Shown here piece after piece: positions 46,772 through 56,274 of a DNA stretch of 64,000 nt. Numbering within the stretch: the stretch's first letter is position 1; each line of letters begins with the position of its first letter. Below the pieces are notes generated by a model. The model was not told the DNA's origin and did no database searches. It was given only the letters and a program-made list of their open reading frames with translations. Position numbers and translations under genes: made by a program. Source of the DNA: an uncultured Armatimonadetes bacterium (lineage in GTDB: Bacteria > Armatimonadota > UBA5829 > DTJY01); contig OY970325.1 in NCBI GenBank assembly GCA_963717145.1, positions 5,152,001 to 5,216,000 on the forward strand, given 5' to 3'.

Positions 46772-47850
46772 TTGTGCTCCGAGATGGCATCGCGCACGGC
46801 CTCGAGGTATCCCATGCCGTTGACGGTATCCGGCTCGAGATAGCTCCCCTCGCTCCATTCGTTCCAGGCGTTCACAGTAATCAGCCGCGGCGACAGGTGA
46901 TGGGAATCGACATGCTCAATCGCGCGCCGCAGATACCGGCCGAAAAGCTCGGGTGTCGCTCCTGTCACGACATTCGCATCGAAGCTCTTGTAGCGAGGGT
47001 TCGTGTCCCAGCCCACCGAGATGTGCGGGTAGAAGGGCACTGAGAACTCGCCCGCCCATCCGTCCCATGCCGCCACAGCGTGATCCGCCCAGGTCGCATA
47101 GTCACAGCCTGCACCCACATAGTGAGCCCATTGGTAGTTGGTCAGGCTGTCGAACCCGAGGTATCGGACTGTGTCGTCCTGGGTCGGCGATCCCGGGAAT
47201 AGCGCCCAGAGAAGGCCCTGCAGATGGATGCCAGGGAGTCCGTGAGCCTTGGCCTTGGTTCGGAAGGCTTCCAGCGCATCCCGTGCGGCCTCCAATCCGC
47301 CGAGTCCGTCGATCAAGGTCTTCAGTTCATATATCGCGAATACCGGCTTGCCGTCAATCCTGTAATACGACGGATGGCCGAAGTACTCGCTGACAACGCG
47401 ATCGGTCGCTTGGTCGAAAGTGGCGCGATCCACCGCTCCGGGCCAGATGACCTCATGCTTATGCGACCGCTCGATGTCCCAGAGGGTCGAAGCGTCGTGG
47501 TTGGCCCACATGAGGTAGAAGCCCATCCGATCGTTGTTTGCCGCTCCCATGAAACCCCGGCGAAGGGCGTCCTCGAGAAACGGCTGGTTGTTGTACCAAT
47601 ACCAGTCGAAGATGAAGACGTTGACGCCATGGTCGGCAGCCGCCTCGATCTTCCTTGCCATCACCGATGGATCCGCTTCGTCCTCATATCCCCACAAGGG
47701 AACTCGAGGCTGGTTGTGGCCCGGGAAGCGCGGTACTGCCTTGCGAATCGTCTCCCATTCGCCCTGTCCCTCGGGCATGAACCTCCGCCACAGCGGTTCG
47801 TCATGGTATGCCGGCCAGTAGTAAGCCGCGATGTCGTAATTCCGGTTCAT
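46768..47850 (-). CDS. GH99-like / WbsX-family protein
   Basis: AAYYWPAYH, GVNVFIFDWYW, MWANH, YYRIDGKP, NAWNEWSEGSYLEPD. Confidence 0.85.
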   Translation of the reverse strand: MNRNYDIAAYYWPAYHDEPLWRRFMPEGQGEWETIRKAVPRFPGHNQPRVPLWGYEDEADPSVMARKIEAAADHGVNVFIFDWYWYNNQPFLEDALRRGFMGAANNDRMGFYLMWANHDASTLWDIERSHKHEVIWPGAVDRATFDQATDRVVSEYFGHPSYYRIDGKPVFAIYELKTLIDGLGGLEAARDALEAFRTKAKAHGLPGIHLQGLLWALFPGSPTQDDTVRYLGFDSLTNYQWAHYVGAGCDYATWADHAVAAWDGWAGEFSVPFYPHISVGWDTNPRYKSFDANVVTGATPELFGRYLRRAIEHVDSHHLSPRLITVNAWNEWSEGSYLEPDTVNGMGYLEAVRDAISEHK

Positions 47851-47909
47851 GTGTTCCTCACTCGTGTTCTCCTCAGCTCCGTTGCTCACCTTCATGGGGA
47901 TCGTCCCCG

Positions 47910-50900
47910 TCACTTCTCTTGCTTGATACTGTTGAGACCAAGGCGCAGCGCCTCCGCGTTCCAGGCGGCTACCTCCACGCTGAGGTCTGAGATCGGCGAC
48001 TTCAGTTCGCGCGATATCAGGTCCAGACCGGTCATGTCAGTTCGAACCAACCCCTCCACTGTGACCCGCTCACCCGGTCGCAGCCACATGTAGTTGTCTG
48101 ACCAGATGGCGGAATGAGTGTCAGGCGTGATGGTCAGGCTCACCGGGTACGCAGGGCGTGTTCCGGCGTTCCGTACCTCGACAGTGACAATGGCTTCCCT
48201 CTCCGAGAGCACGCGCACGGCTCTGACGGAGGCAGCGAGCCTGGTGGGGACACGTTGTATCTGCGGTTTGAGCCAGGGGCCTTCCTTTGATAGTGCCCTG
48301 GCGTCTTCGTTGTGGACCCTGAAGTAGTACAACTGCCGGGAGAGCCGTTCACCACCCCTGGCCTGGAGAGTCAGCTCGAAGAAGTAGAATGCTCTGGGCG
48401 CATTGGGCGGCGCTTTCCACGAGATATCGGTCGCTGTGCTCGGAACTCCGCCTGACGGTATGCTCACGGCCCAGCTTCTCTCCAGTGCCGGCCGCATCCC
48501 CGGATCGAGGATCCTCGCAGTGATCCGCGCCCCTGTGACGCTTTTCCCTGTGCTGTTCACCGCGCATACAGACGCACGGAAGTCCCCGCCCTGAGCCATG
48601 CTGTACCAGCTCCCGACGAACATCTCTCCGGGTTTGGTCCAGTTCGTGCTGACCCTGGCCTGGATGTGAACAGGCTCGTGCGCGCGCTTCATCGTGTAGT
48701 ATGCGACCTGCGGCTGCCCGAACCAGTCTATCACATGCCATGCCGATGTCGGCGCCTGGGGGTTGAAGCCCCAGAACGCCTGACCCCCGACCTCCGGGAA
48801 CCTCGACCGCATCTGTTCCGCGGCGTAGGCATTGCAGTCAGCGCGGAACATCTGCTGAGCTTCTACGAAATCGGCAATCCCGGCTTCCGAGAGGTCTACG
48901 TACCACGAGGCAGGCGGCCAGTACACCGGGGTCAGCCAACTCCACTCCAGAAACTGCTCACGGAACAACGGGTGCGCATCGCCGAACTTCGTGAAGTCAT
49001 AGCCGACGGGGTTCGAATCGAGTTCCCGTTCCGGCAGCACCCTCTTCAGTTGGGAGAAGTTCGTGAAGCCATAGGCATAGTGCCATTCGGCCGCAAACCC
49101 AAGCTCGGGCTGATCGTAGTGGGGGTAATGCCAGGACCCGCCGCCGGTGGATGACATGCGGAACGGTCTGTCGTCGTATGACGCAACGACGTCGCGAGCC
49201 ACACCCAGGACCGCCATCATCTCATTGCGATACGGCACGTACTCGTTGCCTCCGCAGTAGAGAGCCAAGCACGGGTGCTGCCTCAATCTGAGCACGGTCT
49301 GGGTAAGCTGTTCACGCCATGTAGACAGAGGGATGTCGGTCCCGCGTCCTCCGGTCACGTGGATGTCCTGCCACACAAGAATCCCGCTCTCGTCACAGAG
49401 GTTGTAGAAGTGCTCGTCCTCGTAGAGCGCGTTCCCTCCATTCAGGCGGAACAGGTTGATGCCTGACATCCTTGCGGCTTTGACGTACCATTCCTGGCGC
49501 ACCTGCTTGTGGGCGAACAACCCTTCTGCGGTGTGCCAGTTGGTACCGTTAGCGTAGAACGGAATCCCGTTCACTACAAAGAGGAAGCGATGGGACTCGT
49601 CGGAGAGCTTCATGGCGTCGTACACCAGCGGCTCCGAGACCGGGTCTGCGCCCCATACGCAACTCTCGCTCCTCGGAGAGCCAGGAGGCGATGGGTTGCG
49701 GCGGAGTTCCACAGTCCGGACGCCGAATCGCGTGGATATGCGGTCGTGCTCCGTGGCCTCGTTCATGAGAGTCAGTTCCAGGCGGTAGAGAGGCTGAGCG
49801 CCGAGCCCGTTTGGCCACCAGAGCCGGGGGCTCGGCAGCTCGATCCGCGTCTCCCAGAAGGAAGTGCCTGCCGCAACAGGCTGGTTGGTGACGACCTCCC
49901 ACGCAGTCTTTCCGGTGGTCAGATCGGTGATCCGAGCGCGCACCGTTCCGTCGAAACGCTCACCTGAGTTCGCGATCATCGCCTGAGCCCAGAGCGTCGC
50001 CTTGCCCTTGCCGATCGATTCCGTTCGCACGTACGGGGCCTCGACGCAGGCCTTCCCTGTCGACACGAGGCGGACAGACTGCCACAGCCCGATGGTTCTG
50101 CACCTGTTGCCCCAGAGGTTCCAGCCGTTGAGCGCGAGCGGCTTCAAGGCAGGTCCGGTATCATGCATGAGGCGTACCAGGATCTCATGGTCCTTGCCGG
50201 GCGTGAGGCGATCCGATACACCGAACGTCGGCCCGCCGAACATGCCCTCGTGGTTCCCGAGGAACTCGCCGTCGAGCCAGACGGCCGCCAGGTAGTCGAT
50301 GCCATCGAACCGGAGTCTGACCTGCCTGCCCGACCACTCTGTCGGGACATTGAACCGACGGCGGAGGTACCAATCGCTGTTCTGTATCCACTGAAGCTGC
50401 TGGTAGTTGTCCGCCCACCATGGACTAAGCGTCTTCCCGGCGAGGTAGAGCGCGTACTGGATGGTGTTGGGCATTTCCACCGTCGTCCACTGGTCGCGGG
50501 CCGGGACATCGGGCTTGATAGAGAAAGGCGTCTTCGCCTGGCTCAGTTCCCAGTCTCCATCCAACCGCAGTTCCTGCGAGTCGGATCTGTCCGCCATAGG
50601 GACCGATGTGTAGACCCTCGATCCGGCCGCCCGCCGTGTATGGATGGCGGCCATTTCGGGGCCGCTCTTGAGTATCGCGGCATAGCCTGCGATCAACCAG
50701 TCCCGAACACCGGCGTCCAATGGGGTCCAGCCTGTGTAGTGGATGACAGCGCCCTGGGAGATGCTCGCGGCGTACAGGCAGGAGTGGCCGAAGAGGTTGT
50801 CCACGTATGAGTACACCGGAACGGCGCTTTGATCGATCGACCGAGAGTAGCTGACCACGTGCTGACCGAGATTCGGCGACGGGATGCCGGCTTTCTCACC

Positions 50901-51413
50901 GGCCTCCGTCAGCCTCATCGTGCGGCCGTCCGAGCCTGGGTCGCCCACTATGCGCCAGGTGAGGCCCAGGAAGTCGCGCTGACCCTCACCCGCGCCGGTG
51001 CCGATAGCCCCGGTATTGACATCACGCCACTTGTAGTGCGATGCGCCCATCGGCATGATGTATATGCCGCCGGACCTGACATACTCGGTTATGGCCTTGG
51101 AGATCACGCCATTCAGGTTGCCCTCTTCAGGGTAACAGTGGTCCGTCGGGATCATTATCGCCCTGTAGGCCCTGAGCTTCCCGACATCTCGGAGTACATC
51201 GGCGCCGATGATCTCAGCCTGTACCCCATGCTTTCCGAAGAGTTCAGCAATGGTGTCGCTCTCCCAGTCTGCCTTCCACTCCCTGATGAAGTCATCGGTG
51301 AGGAGGAGACGGTGATCCACAATACCGATTCTGACCGTCGTGCCAATGGTCGAGCCGAAAGCGGCTCCAGTGCAGAATCCCAGCATCAACACTGCGGACA
51401 CAAGCTTGCTCAT
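47910..51413 (-). CDS. GH2 beta-mannosidase-like hydrolase with extra N-terminal domain, secreted
   Basis: FDGIDYLAAVWL, LWWPNGLGAQPLY, FGVRTVEL, CDESGILVWQD, HPCLALYCGGNE. Confidence 0.85.
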   Translation of the reverse strand: MSKLVSAVLMLGFCTGAAFGSTIGTTVRIGIVDHRLLLTDDFIREWKADWESDTIAELFGKHGVQAEIIGADVLRDVGKLRAYRAIMIPTDHCYPEEGNLNGVISKAITEYVRSGGIYIMPMGASHYKWRDVNTGAIGTGAGEGQRDFLGLTWRIVGDPGSDGRTMRLTEAGEKAGIPSPNLGQHVVSYSRSIDQSAVPVYSYVDNLFGHSCLYAASISQGAVIHYTGWTPLDAGVRDWLIAGYAAILKSGPEMAAIHTRRAAGSRVYTSVPMADRSDSQELRLDGDWELSQAKTPFSIKPDVPARDQWTTVEMPNTIQYALYLAGKTLSPWWADNYQQLQWIQNSDWYLRRRFNVPTEWSGRQVRLRFDGIDYLAAVWLDGEFLGNHEGMFGGPTFGVSDRLTPGKDHEILVRLMHDTGPALKPLALNGWNLWGNRCRTIGLWQSVRLVSTGKACVEAPYVRTESIGKGKATLWAQAMIANSGERFDGTVRARITDLTTGKTAWEVVTNQPVAAGTSFWETRIELPSPRLWWPNGLGAQPLYRLELTLMNEATEHDRISTRFGVRTVELRRNPSPPGSPRSESCVWGADPVSEPLVYDAMKLSDESHRFLFVVNGIPFYANGTNWHTAEGLFAHKQVRQEWYVKAARMSGINLFRLNGGNALYEDEHFYNLCDESGILVWQDIHVTGGRGTDIPLSTWREQLTQTVLRLRQHPCLALYCGGNEYVPYRNEMMAVLGVARDVVASYDDRPFRMSSTGGGSWHYPHYDQPELGFAAEWHYAYGFTNFSQLKRVLPERELDSNPVGYDFTKFGDAHPLFREQFLEWSWLTPVYWPPASWYVDLSEAGIADFVEAQQMFRADCNAYAAEQMRSRFPEVGGQAFWGFNPQAPTSAWHVIDWFGQPQVAYYTMKRAHEPVHIQARVSTNWTKPGEMFVGSWYSMAQGGDFRASVCAVNSTGKSVTGARITARILDPGMRPALERSWAVSIPSGGVPSTATDISWKAPPNAPRAFYFFELTLQARGGERLSRQLYYFRVHNEDARALSKEGPWLKPQIQRVPTRLAASVRAVRVLSEREAIVTVEVRNAGTRPAYPVSLTITPDTHSAIWSDNYMWLRPGERVTVEGLVRTDMTGLDLISRELKSPISDLSVEVAAWNAEALRLGLNSIKQEK

Positions 51414-52651
51414 TGAGCCTTGTCCTTCGGGGGCGCGGGAATCTTCTTCGACAGGTTGCCGGAGATGATCTTGTTCGCGCCCGGCTCGGAGTGATCGGTC
51501 ATCGCCTCGAACGGTGAAGGCTGGAACATGTTGTTCGTGATGCTGAAGTTGTTGGCGCCTTTCTCGATCACCACTCCGGGCCCGTTGGCGTCCATGGTGC
51601 AAGCGCTGATCAGCACATTGTCGCCGCCTTCGATGCGCACCGCGGGCACGGTCGGCCAGCCATCGCCATTCTTGCCCAGCGAGCATCCCGTGACGGTGAG
51701 GCTGCCGCACTTCCGCGAGATGATCGCCGGCTCGCCGTTCGACCGCAGGTCCGATCCCGCAACCGTGATGCGTCCCGGACCATCGAGCCTGAGGCTGCAA
51801 CCGTGCGACCACGAGCTGAGCCCGTTGATCACGAGTTCGGTGGCGTCCTCCACCACCACGCCCTGAGCACTGAAGTCGACGCAGCATCCGGTCATCTGGC
51901 CTCGGGTATTACCGTGCTTGTCCTTGACGAACAGGTATCCAACCTTGCAGTTGAAGGCAAAACAGTCGTCTATGCGTATTCCATCGTTTCTGCCAAACTT
52001 GAAGCCGATCGCTTCCTGCACCAGTTCTGGAACGGTATTCCAGACCTCGACATTCCTGAGCGTAGGAATGTCGAGCGTATGCGTGACGTACACCCCGCAT
52101 TTCCAGGCCGAGATGATGAATATGTTCTCCAGGTTGAGCCGCCCTATGTTCGACTCACCGTCAGCCATAATGCCCTCATACGGGAAATGGATGGTCAGGT
52201 TGGTAAGGGATATGCCGCCACCGGACAAGAGGATCGTGGGACCAAACTTGCGCGGCCTCTCACCCTTATGATCGTACTCGAAGGTGAGGCCGTGAACGGA
52301 TGCTCCCATCTTGGCCAGGATGCACGGGCCGTCAGTGAAATCAACCCGTATCATGGGAAGTGGCCGGTTGTCCGCCGGCCATCCGCCGTCCGACAGCCCG
52401 GAGAGTAGGGCGCCCTCGATTGTCAGCGTCTTTGTCACCCGGTACTCGCCCGCCGGGAGCACCACATTCCCGCCCCTCTTGAGCGAGGATGCCTCATCCA
52501 GCGCCTTCTGTATGGCAGCCGTGTCGTCGTGCTTGCCGTCACCGACAGCGCCGAATGCCTTGACATCGATGGCGCTGCCTGCTGCCCACGCGATCGTGGA
52601 CAAGCAGAACGATAGCGCGACGATTATGGGGATACCTCTAACAGAGTTCAC
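51410..52651 (-). CDS. Secreted beta-helix (pectate lyase 3/GH28-related) protein
   Basis: DVKAFGAVGDGKHDDTAAIQKALD. Confidence 0.8.
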   Translation of the reverse strand: MNSVRGIPIIVALSFCLSTIAWAAGSAIDVKAFGAVGDGKHDDTAAIQKALDEASSLKRGGNVVLPAGEYRVTKTLTIEGALLSGLSDGGWPADNRPLPMIRVDFTDGPCILAKMGASVHGLTFEYDHKGERPRKFGPTILLSGGGISLTNLTIHFPYEGIMADGESNIGRLNLENIFIISAWKCGVYVTHTLDIPTLRNVEVWNTVPELVQEAIGFKFGRNDGIRIDDCFAFNCKVGYLFVKDKHGNTRGQMTGCCVDFSAQGVVVEDATELVINGLSSWSHGCSLRLDGPGRITVAGSDLRSNGEPAIISRKCGSLTVTGCSLGKNGDGWPTVPAVRIEGGDNVLISACTMDANGPGVVIEKGANNFSITNNMFQPSPFEAMTDHSEPGANKIISGNLSKKIPAPPKDKAQ

Positions 52652-52665
52652 GTTTTCCTCCTCAG

Positions 52666-53745
52666 CTAGTCCACAATACCGTTGTCCTTCACGATGTGGC
52701 CGGCCTTCTTGTCATAGACGATCGGTTTGTCCGCGGAATGGCAGAGTATGTTGTCCTTGACGATCCACCTCAGGCACCCCGCGCCCAGGAACAGAGCGGA
52801 TTTGTGTTTGGTCTGCGCCGAGTTCCAACTGAAGACCTGGTTCTGGCAGAAGGTCGTGTCCATAGCGCCATATGCCTCGACGGCATTGTACTTCCCAACG
52901 CTGAACTCACCGTTCGTATGGATCGTGTTCCCGGTGATGATGTTCAGGCGGCTCGGATCACCGCCCTTGGGGTCGCCGATGAGGATCCCCATCTCACGGC
53001 TCATCTCGAATCGATTGTTCTCGATGCGGTTGAAATACGACCCGGGTCCGAGACGGAGCGCCACCACGTTACTCCAGTGGTAGTTCATCGAATAGGTGCC
53101 CGCTCCGCTGTGGTCGAGCCAAGCTCCACTGCGCGGGGTGCGACCGGGACCGGTTCCGAACTGGTTGCCTGTGACATAGAAATCGCCGCTCTGAAAGCTG
53201 TACAACTGGTCGCCGAGGTTGTTGGTAAGCCAGCAGTTGCTGAGCGTGTTCGACGATATCGCCTCTTTGTCGGTACCCTCCCAACGCACGCCGCTCTCCG
53301 CGAACATGTTGATGTGACAGAGATCGATAGTATTCAGCCCGCCCCTGCGGATGATGATTCCCGAACCCTTCTTGGCCGTCGCTTCCCCTTCGACTGTCAG
53401 GTTGTGTACCCGGCAATAGGAGCCGCCGTCGAAGAGGATCGCGTCCCCATCCCCGCGCCTGTGGATCACCGTGCTCCAGCCGCTCCCCTCGATGTTGACC
53501 TGGCTCTTGTCACGAAAGACGAGGGTTTCGGTGATCTCATACTTTCCCGGTGCGAGAGTGATCATCCCGCCCTCAGCGTGCATCTCCTTCACCGCCGCGA
53601 CCAACCCGGCGCTGTCGGAGACCTTCCACACTCGCGATTCCGCTGGGGGCTTCGGCGTTGTGTCGTTCGTGCTTTGCGCTGCCCACGTGCCGGGCGCGAT
53701 GATGCAGCACGCGACTGCGATCGGTAATACCCTAAGTAGCCTCAT
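52666..53745 (-). CDS. Secreted right-handed parallel beta-helix protein
   Basis: Signal peptide; ITLAPGKY; Asn-ladder repeats (IENNRF, IITGNTI, IVKDNI). Confidence 0.78.
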   Translation of the reverse strand: MRLLRVLPIAVACCIIAPGTWAAQSTNDTTPKPPAESRVWKVSDSAGLVAAVKEMHAEGGMITLAPGKYEITETLVFRDKSQVNIEGSGWSTVIHRRGDGDAILFDGGSYCRVHNLTVEGEATAKKGSGIIIRRGGLNTIDLCHINMFAESGVRWEGTDKEAISSNTLSNCWLTNNLGDQLYSFQSGDFYVTGNQFGTGPGRTPRSGAWLDHSGAGTYSMNYHWSNVVALRLGPGSYFNRIENNRFEMSREMGILIGDPKGGDPSRLNIITGNTIHTNGEFSVGKYNAVEAYGAMDTTFCQNQVFSWNSAQTKHKSALFLGAGCLRWIVKDNILCHSADKPIVYDKKAGHIVKDNGIVD

Positions 53746-53757
53746 AGTTCGTCCTCC

Positions 53758-55002
53758 CTACTGCCTCTCGAGCACGCGGTCTATCCGGCGGGCGGCCTCG
53801 GAGAGCGCGTAGTCGGTCGGCTTGATCTTGTTCAGGATCGCCTCCACCGAGGCGTCGCAGAACGGGAGCACCTGGTTGATCGCAGTCGACTGCGGGAGGT
53901 AGACGACATACGGGACTCCCTTGGCGAACTGGTACTGTACCGACATCTGCTTGAACTCCGCCGTCGCCAGGATGCTCTTCCTGATCGGCACCTGTCCGCC
54001 CTTCGCCCACGCGAGCGAGTGATCGGAGAGATACTTCATGAACTCCCACGACGCCTTCCGCCGCTCGGAGGATATCTTCGCCGGCATCGCAAGGAGGTGC
54101 GAGCCGCCCCAAACCGCCTTGACCGGCCCGAACTGCGGGCACGGAGCGCCGGCGAAGTGGAGGCCCTCCTGCTTCTCGGCGTCGGAGAGCATGTAGATCC
54201 CCTCGATCGCCATCGCCACCTTGCCGGTCCGGAATCCGAGCCATGCGTCCTGACCCTCGGGCGCGGGGCATATCTTGTGCTTGTAGATCAGATCGGTCAT
54301 GACGCGGAATGCTTCCTTCGCATTCTCGCTCGTGAGGTCCGAATGCTTCACGTCCCGGGTCATCCAGCCCGAATCATACTGGGAGAGGAAGGTGTGCGCG
54401 TTCGTCCGCATCCATGTGAACGCGAACCCCCACTGCTCGGGCTTCCCGTCGCCGTTCGCGTCGATCGTCAGCTTCTTCCCGGCCTCGATGAACTCCGTCA
54501 GGTTCGTCGGCGGATGCCTGATCCCCGCCTTCTTGAATAACTCGGTGTTGTAGTACAAGCCGATCGGATGGCAGTCGAGCGGGAGCGCGTATTGATGGTC
54601 TTTCCATCGCGCGGATGCCCACGGACGCTCCATGAAGTCCTTCGGATCGAGGCCGCCGTCCGCCACCAGATCGTCAATGCGGCTGATCGCCTCGACGTTC
54701 GCGTACTCGGGCAGGCGGTCGGTGTGGAGGATGAAGACGTCCGGCGCGCCGCCGTACGCGAGTCCGAGCGTGACCTTGTCGTAATAGGTGTTCCAGGGGA
54801 TGATCTGCATGCGGACTTGGATGTCTTTGTGCTCGGCGTTGAACTGCTTGACGATCGCCTCCATCGTCTTGCCGTCCGGGCCGGTGAACCCGTTCCAGAA
54901 CTCGAGGGTGATCACGCCGGTGTTCGTCTGCTGGCGGTGAGTGCATCCGGTGATGAGGATGAGCAGGATCAGGGCGATCAGTTGTAGTTTGCGTGTGGGC
55001 AC
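53758..55002 (-). CDS. Carbohydrate ABC substrate-binding lipoprotein
   Basis: Lipobox ITGC; FWNGFTGPDG, YYNTELFKKAGI, FRTGKVAM. Confidence 0.9.
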   Translation of the reverse strand: MPTRKLQLIALILLILITGCTHRQQTNTGVITLEFWNGFTGPDGKTMEAIVKQFNAEHKDIQVRMQIIPWNTYYDKVTLGLAYGGAPDVFILHTDRLPEYANVEAISRIDDLVADGGLDPKDFMERPWASARWKDHQYALPLDCHPIGLYYNTELFKKAGIRHPPTNLTEFIEAGKKLTIDANGDGKPEQWGFAFTWMRTNAHTFLSQYDSGWMTRDVKHSDLTSENAKEAFRVMTDLIYKHKICPAPEGQDAWLGFRTGKVAMAIEGIYMLSDAEKQEGLHFAGAPCPQFGPVKAVWGGSHLLAMPAKISSERRKASWEFMKYLSDHSLAWAKGGQVPIRKSILATAEFKQMSVQYQFAKGVPYVVYLPQSTAINQVLPFCDASVEAILNKIKPTDYALSEAARRIDRVLERQ

Positions 55003-55010
55003 GGTAAGCT

Positions 55011-55040
55011 AAGGTATCGCAAACGAGACGGGAATGTCAA
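55011..55040 (-). promoter_or_regulatory. Putative sigma70 promoter directly upstream of the SBP start
   Basis: TTGACA-18 nt-TACCTT; the -10 ends 8 nt before the GTG. Confidence 0.5.
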
Positions 55041-55052
55041 TGCAAGCCCACT

Positions 55053-55119
55053 TCTGTCATTCTGAGCGCAGCGAAGAATCCGGCCGGGCCAGATTCTTCG
55101 CTGCGCTCAGAATGACAGA
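55053..55119. repeat. Perfect 28-bp inverted repeat (TGTCATTCTGAGCGCAGCGAAGAATC type)
   Basis: 55053-55080 vs 55092-55119, 11-nt loop. Confidence 0.9.
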
Positions 55120-55206
55120 TGCTCACTTGTCCGTTGTTTGCGTGTCCTTATCACTGGGTAACAGAGTAGGCGATGGGCAACATACCATGACACAAGGAGG
55201 TGCTCC

Positions 55207-56274
55207 ATGAGGTTGGTACTTGTTCTACTGGCTCTGGCTCTCGTCACCGGCTTCCTGATCCTCTCACTCTGCGGGATCTCGATCGCCAACGGGATGTATG
55301 CGAACGGCCTGCTCCCGGCGGTCCCCGTTCCCGCCAACAACCCGATGACCGATGCCAAGGTCAGGCTCGGGGCGCAGTTGTACTTCGAAGGCAGGCTCTC
55401 GTCGGATGGGACGATCAGTTGCGCGAGCTGCCACGATCCCAAGAAGGCGTGGGCCGACGCCGGTCCCGTGTCTGAGGGTGTCGGTCACCAGAAGGGCGGG
55501 CGCAACTCGCCTTCGATCATCGACTCCGCCTACATCGTGCCCCAGTTTTGGGATGGGCGCGCTCTGCACCTCGAAAAGCAGGCGGTCGGCCCGGTCCAGA
55601 ACCCGATCGAGATGGACCTGACCGAGGCGCAGCTCAACTTTCGCCTGAACCACATCCCCGGCTACGTCACTCAGTTCCAGGAGGTCTTCGGCGCTGAGCC
55701 GAACATCGACCTGATGGCGAAGGCGATCGCGGCGTTCGAGCGGACGGTCGTCACGGGCGACTCGCCATACGATATGTACCTGAGGGGCGACCGAACGGCG
55801 CTGAGCGAGTCGGCGATGCATGGCATGGAGATCTTCAGCGGGAAGGGACACTGCAACGTCTGTCACAGCGGCCCGGCGTTCAGCGATTCCCAGTTCCACA
55901 ATCTGGGCGTCGGTTATTCGAAGGGCAAGCACGCGGACGTCGGCCGGTACAATGTGACGAAGGATCCGAAAGACATGGGCGCGTTCCTGACCCAACGGCT
56001 GAGGAACATCGCACAGACTCCGCCTTACATGCACGACGGCTCCGAGCCGACTCTGGAGAGTGTCGTGGAGTTGTACAACCGGGGCGGGGTTCGCAACCCG
56101 AATCTCGACCATGTGATGTTCCCGCTCAATCTTACGAAGATGGAGAAGATGGACCTGGTCGCATTCCTGGAAGCGTTGACCGGTCCGTACCCCATGACCG
56201 AGCCGCCCATGCTGCCGAATCCGGAGATCACCGCGGAACAACTGAGCAGCATGATGAAGGAGGAAGCCAAATGA
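55207..56274 (+). CDS. Di-haem cytochrome c peroxidase / MauG family
   Basis: CASCH and CNVCH, GRNSPS, QFWDGRA, NPIEM, PPYMHDG; AGGAGG RBS; N-terminal signal. Confidence 0.92.
   Translation: MRLVLVLLALALVTGFLILSLCGISIANGMYANGLLPAVPVPANNPMTDAKVRLGAQLYFEGRLSSDGTISCASCHDPKKAWADAGPVSEGVGHQKGGRNSPSIIDSAYIVPQFWDGRALHLEKQAVGPVQNPIEMDLTEAQLNFRLNHIPGYVTQFQEVFGAEPNIDLMAKAIAAFERTVVTGDSPYDMYLRGDRTALSESAMHGMEIFSGKGHCNVCHSGPAFSDSQFHNLGVGYSKGKHADVGRYNVTKDPKDMGAFLTQRLRNIAQTPPYMHDGSEPTLESVVELYNRGGVRNPNLDHVMFPLNLTKMEKMDLVAFLEALTGPYPMTEPPMLPNPEITAEQLSSMMKEEAK

Noticed and set aside
51414-51887. ORF-track extension of the GH2 gene to 1325 aa
   Set aside because: Overlaps the beta-helix gene in another frame; signal peptide starts at 51413
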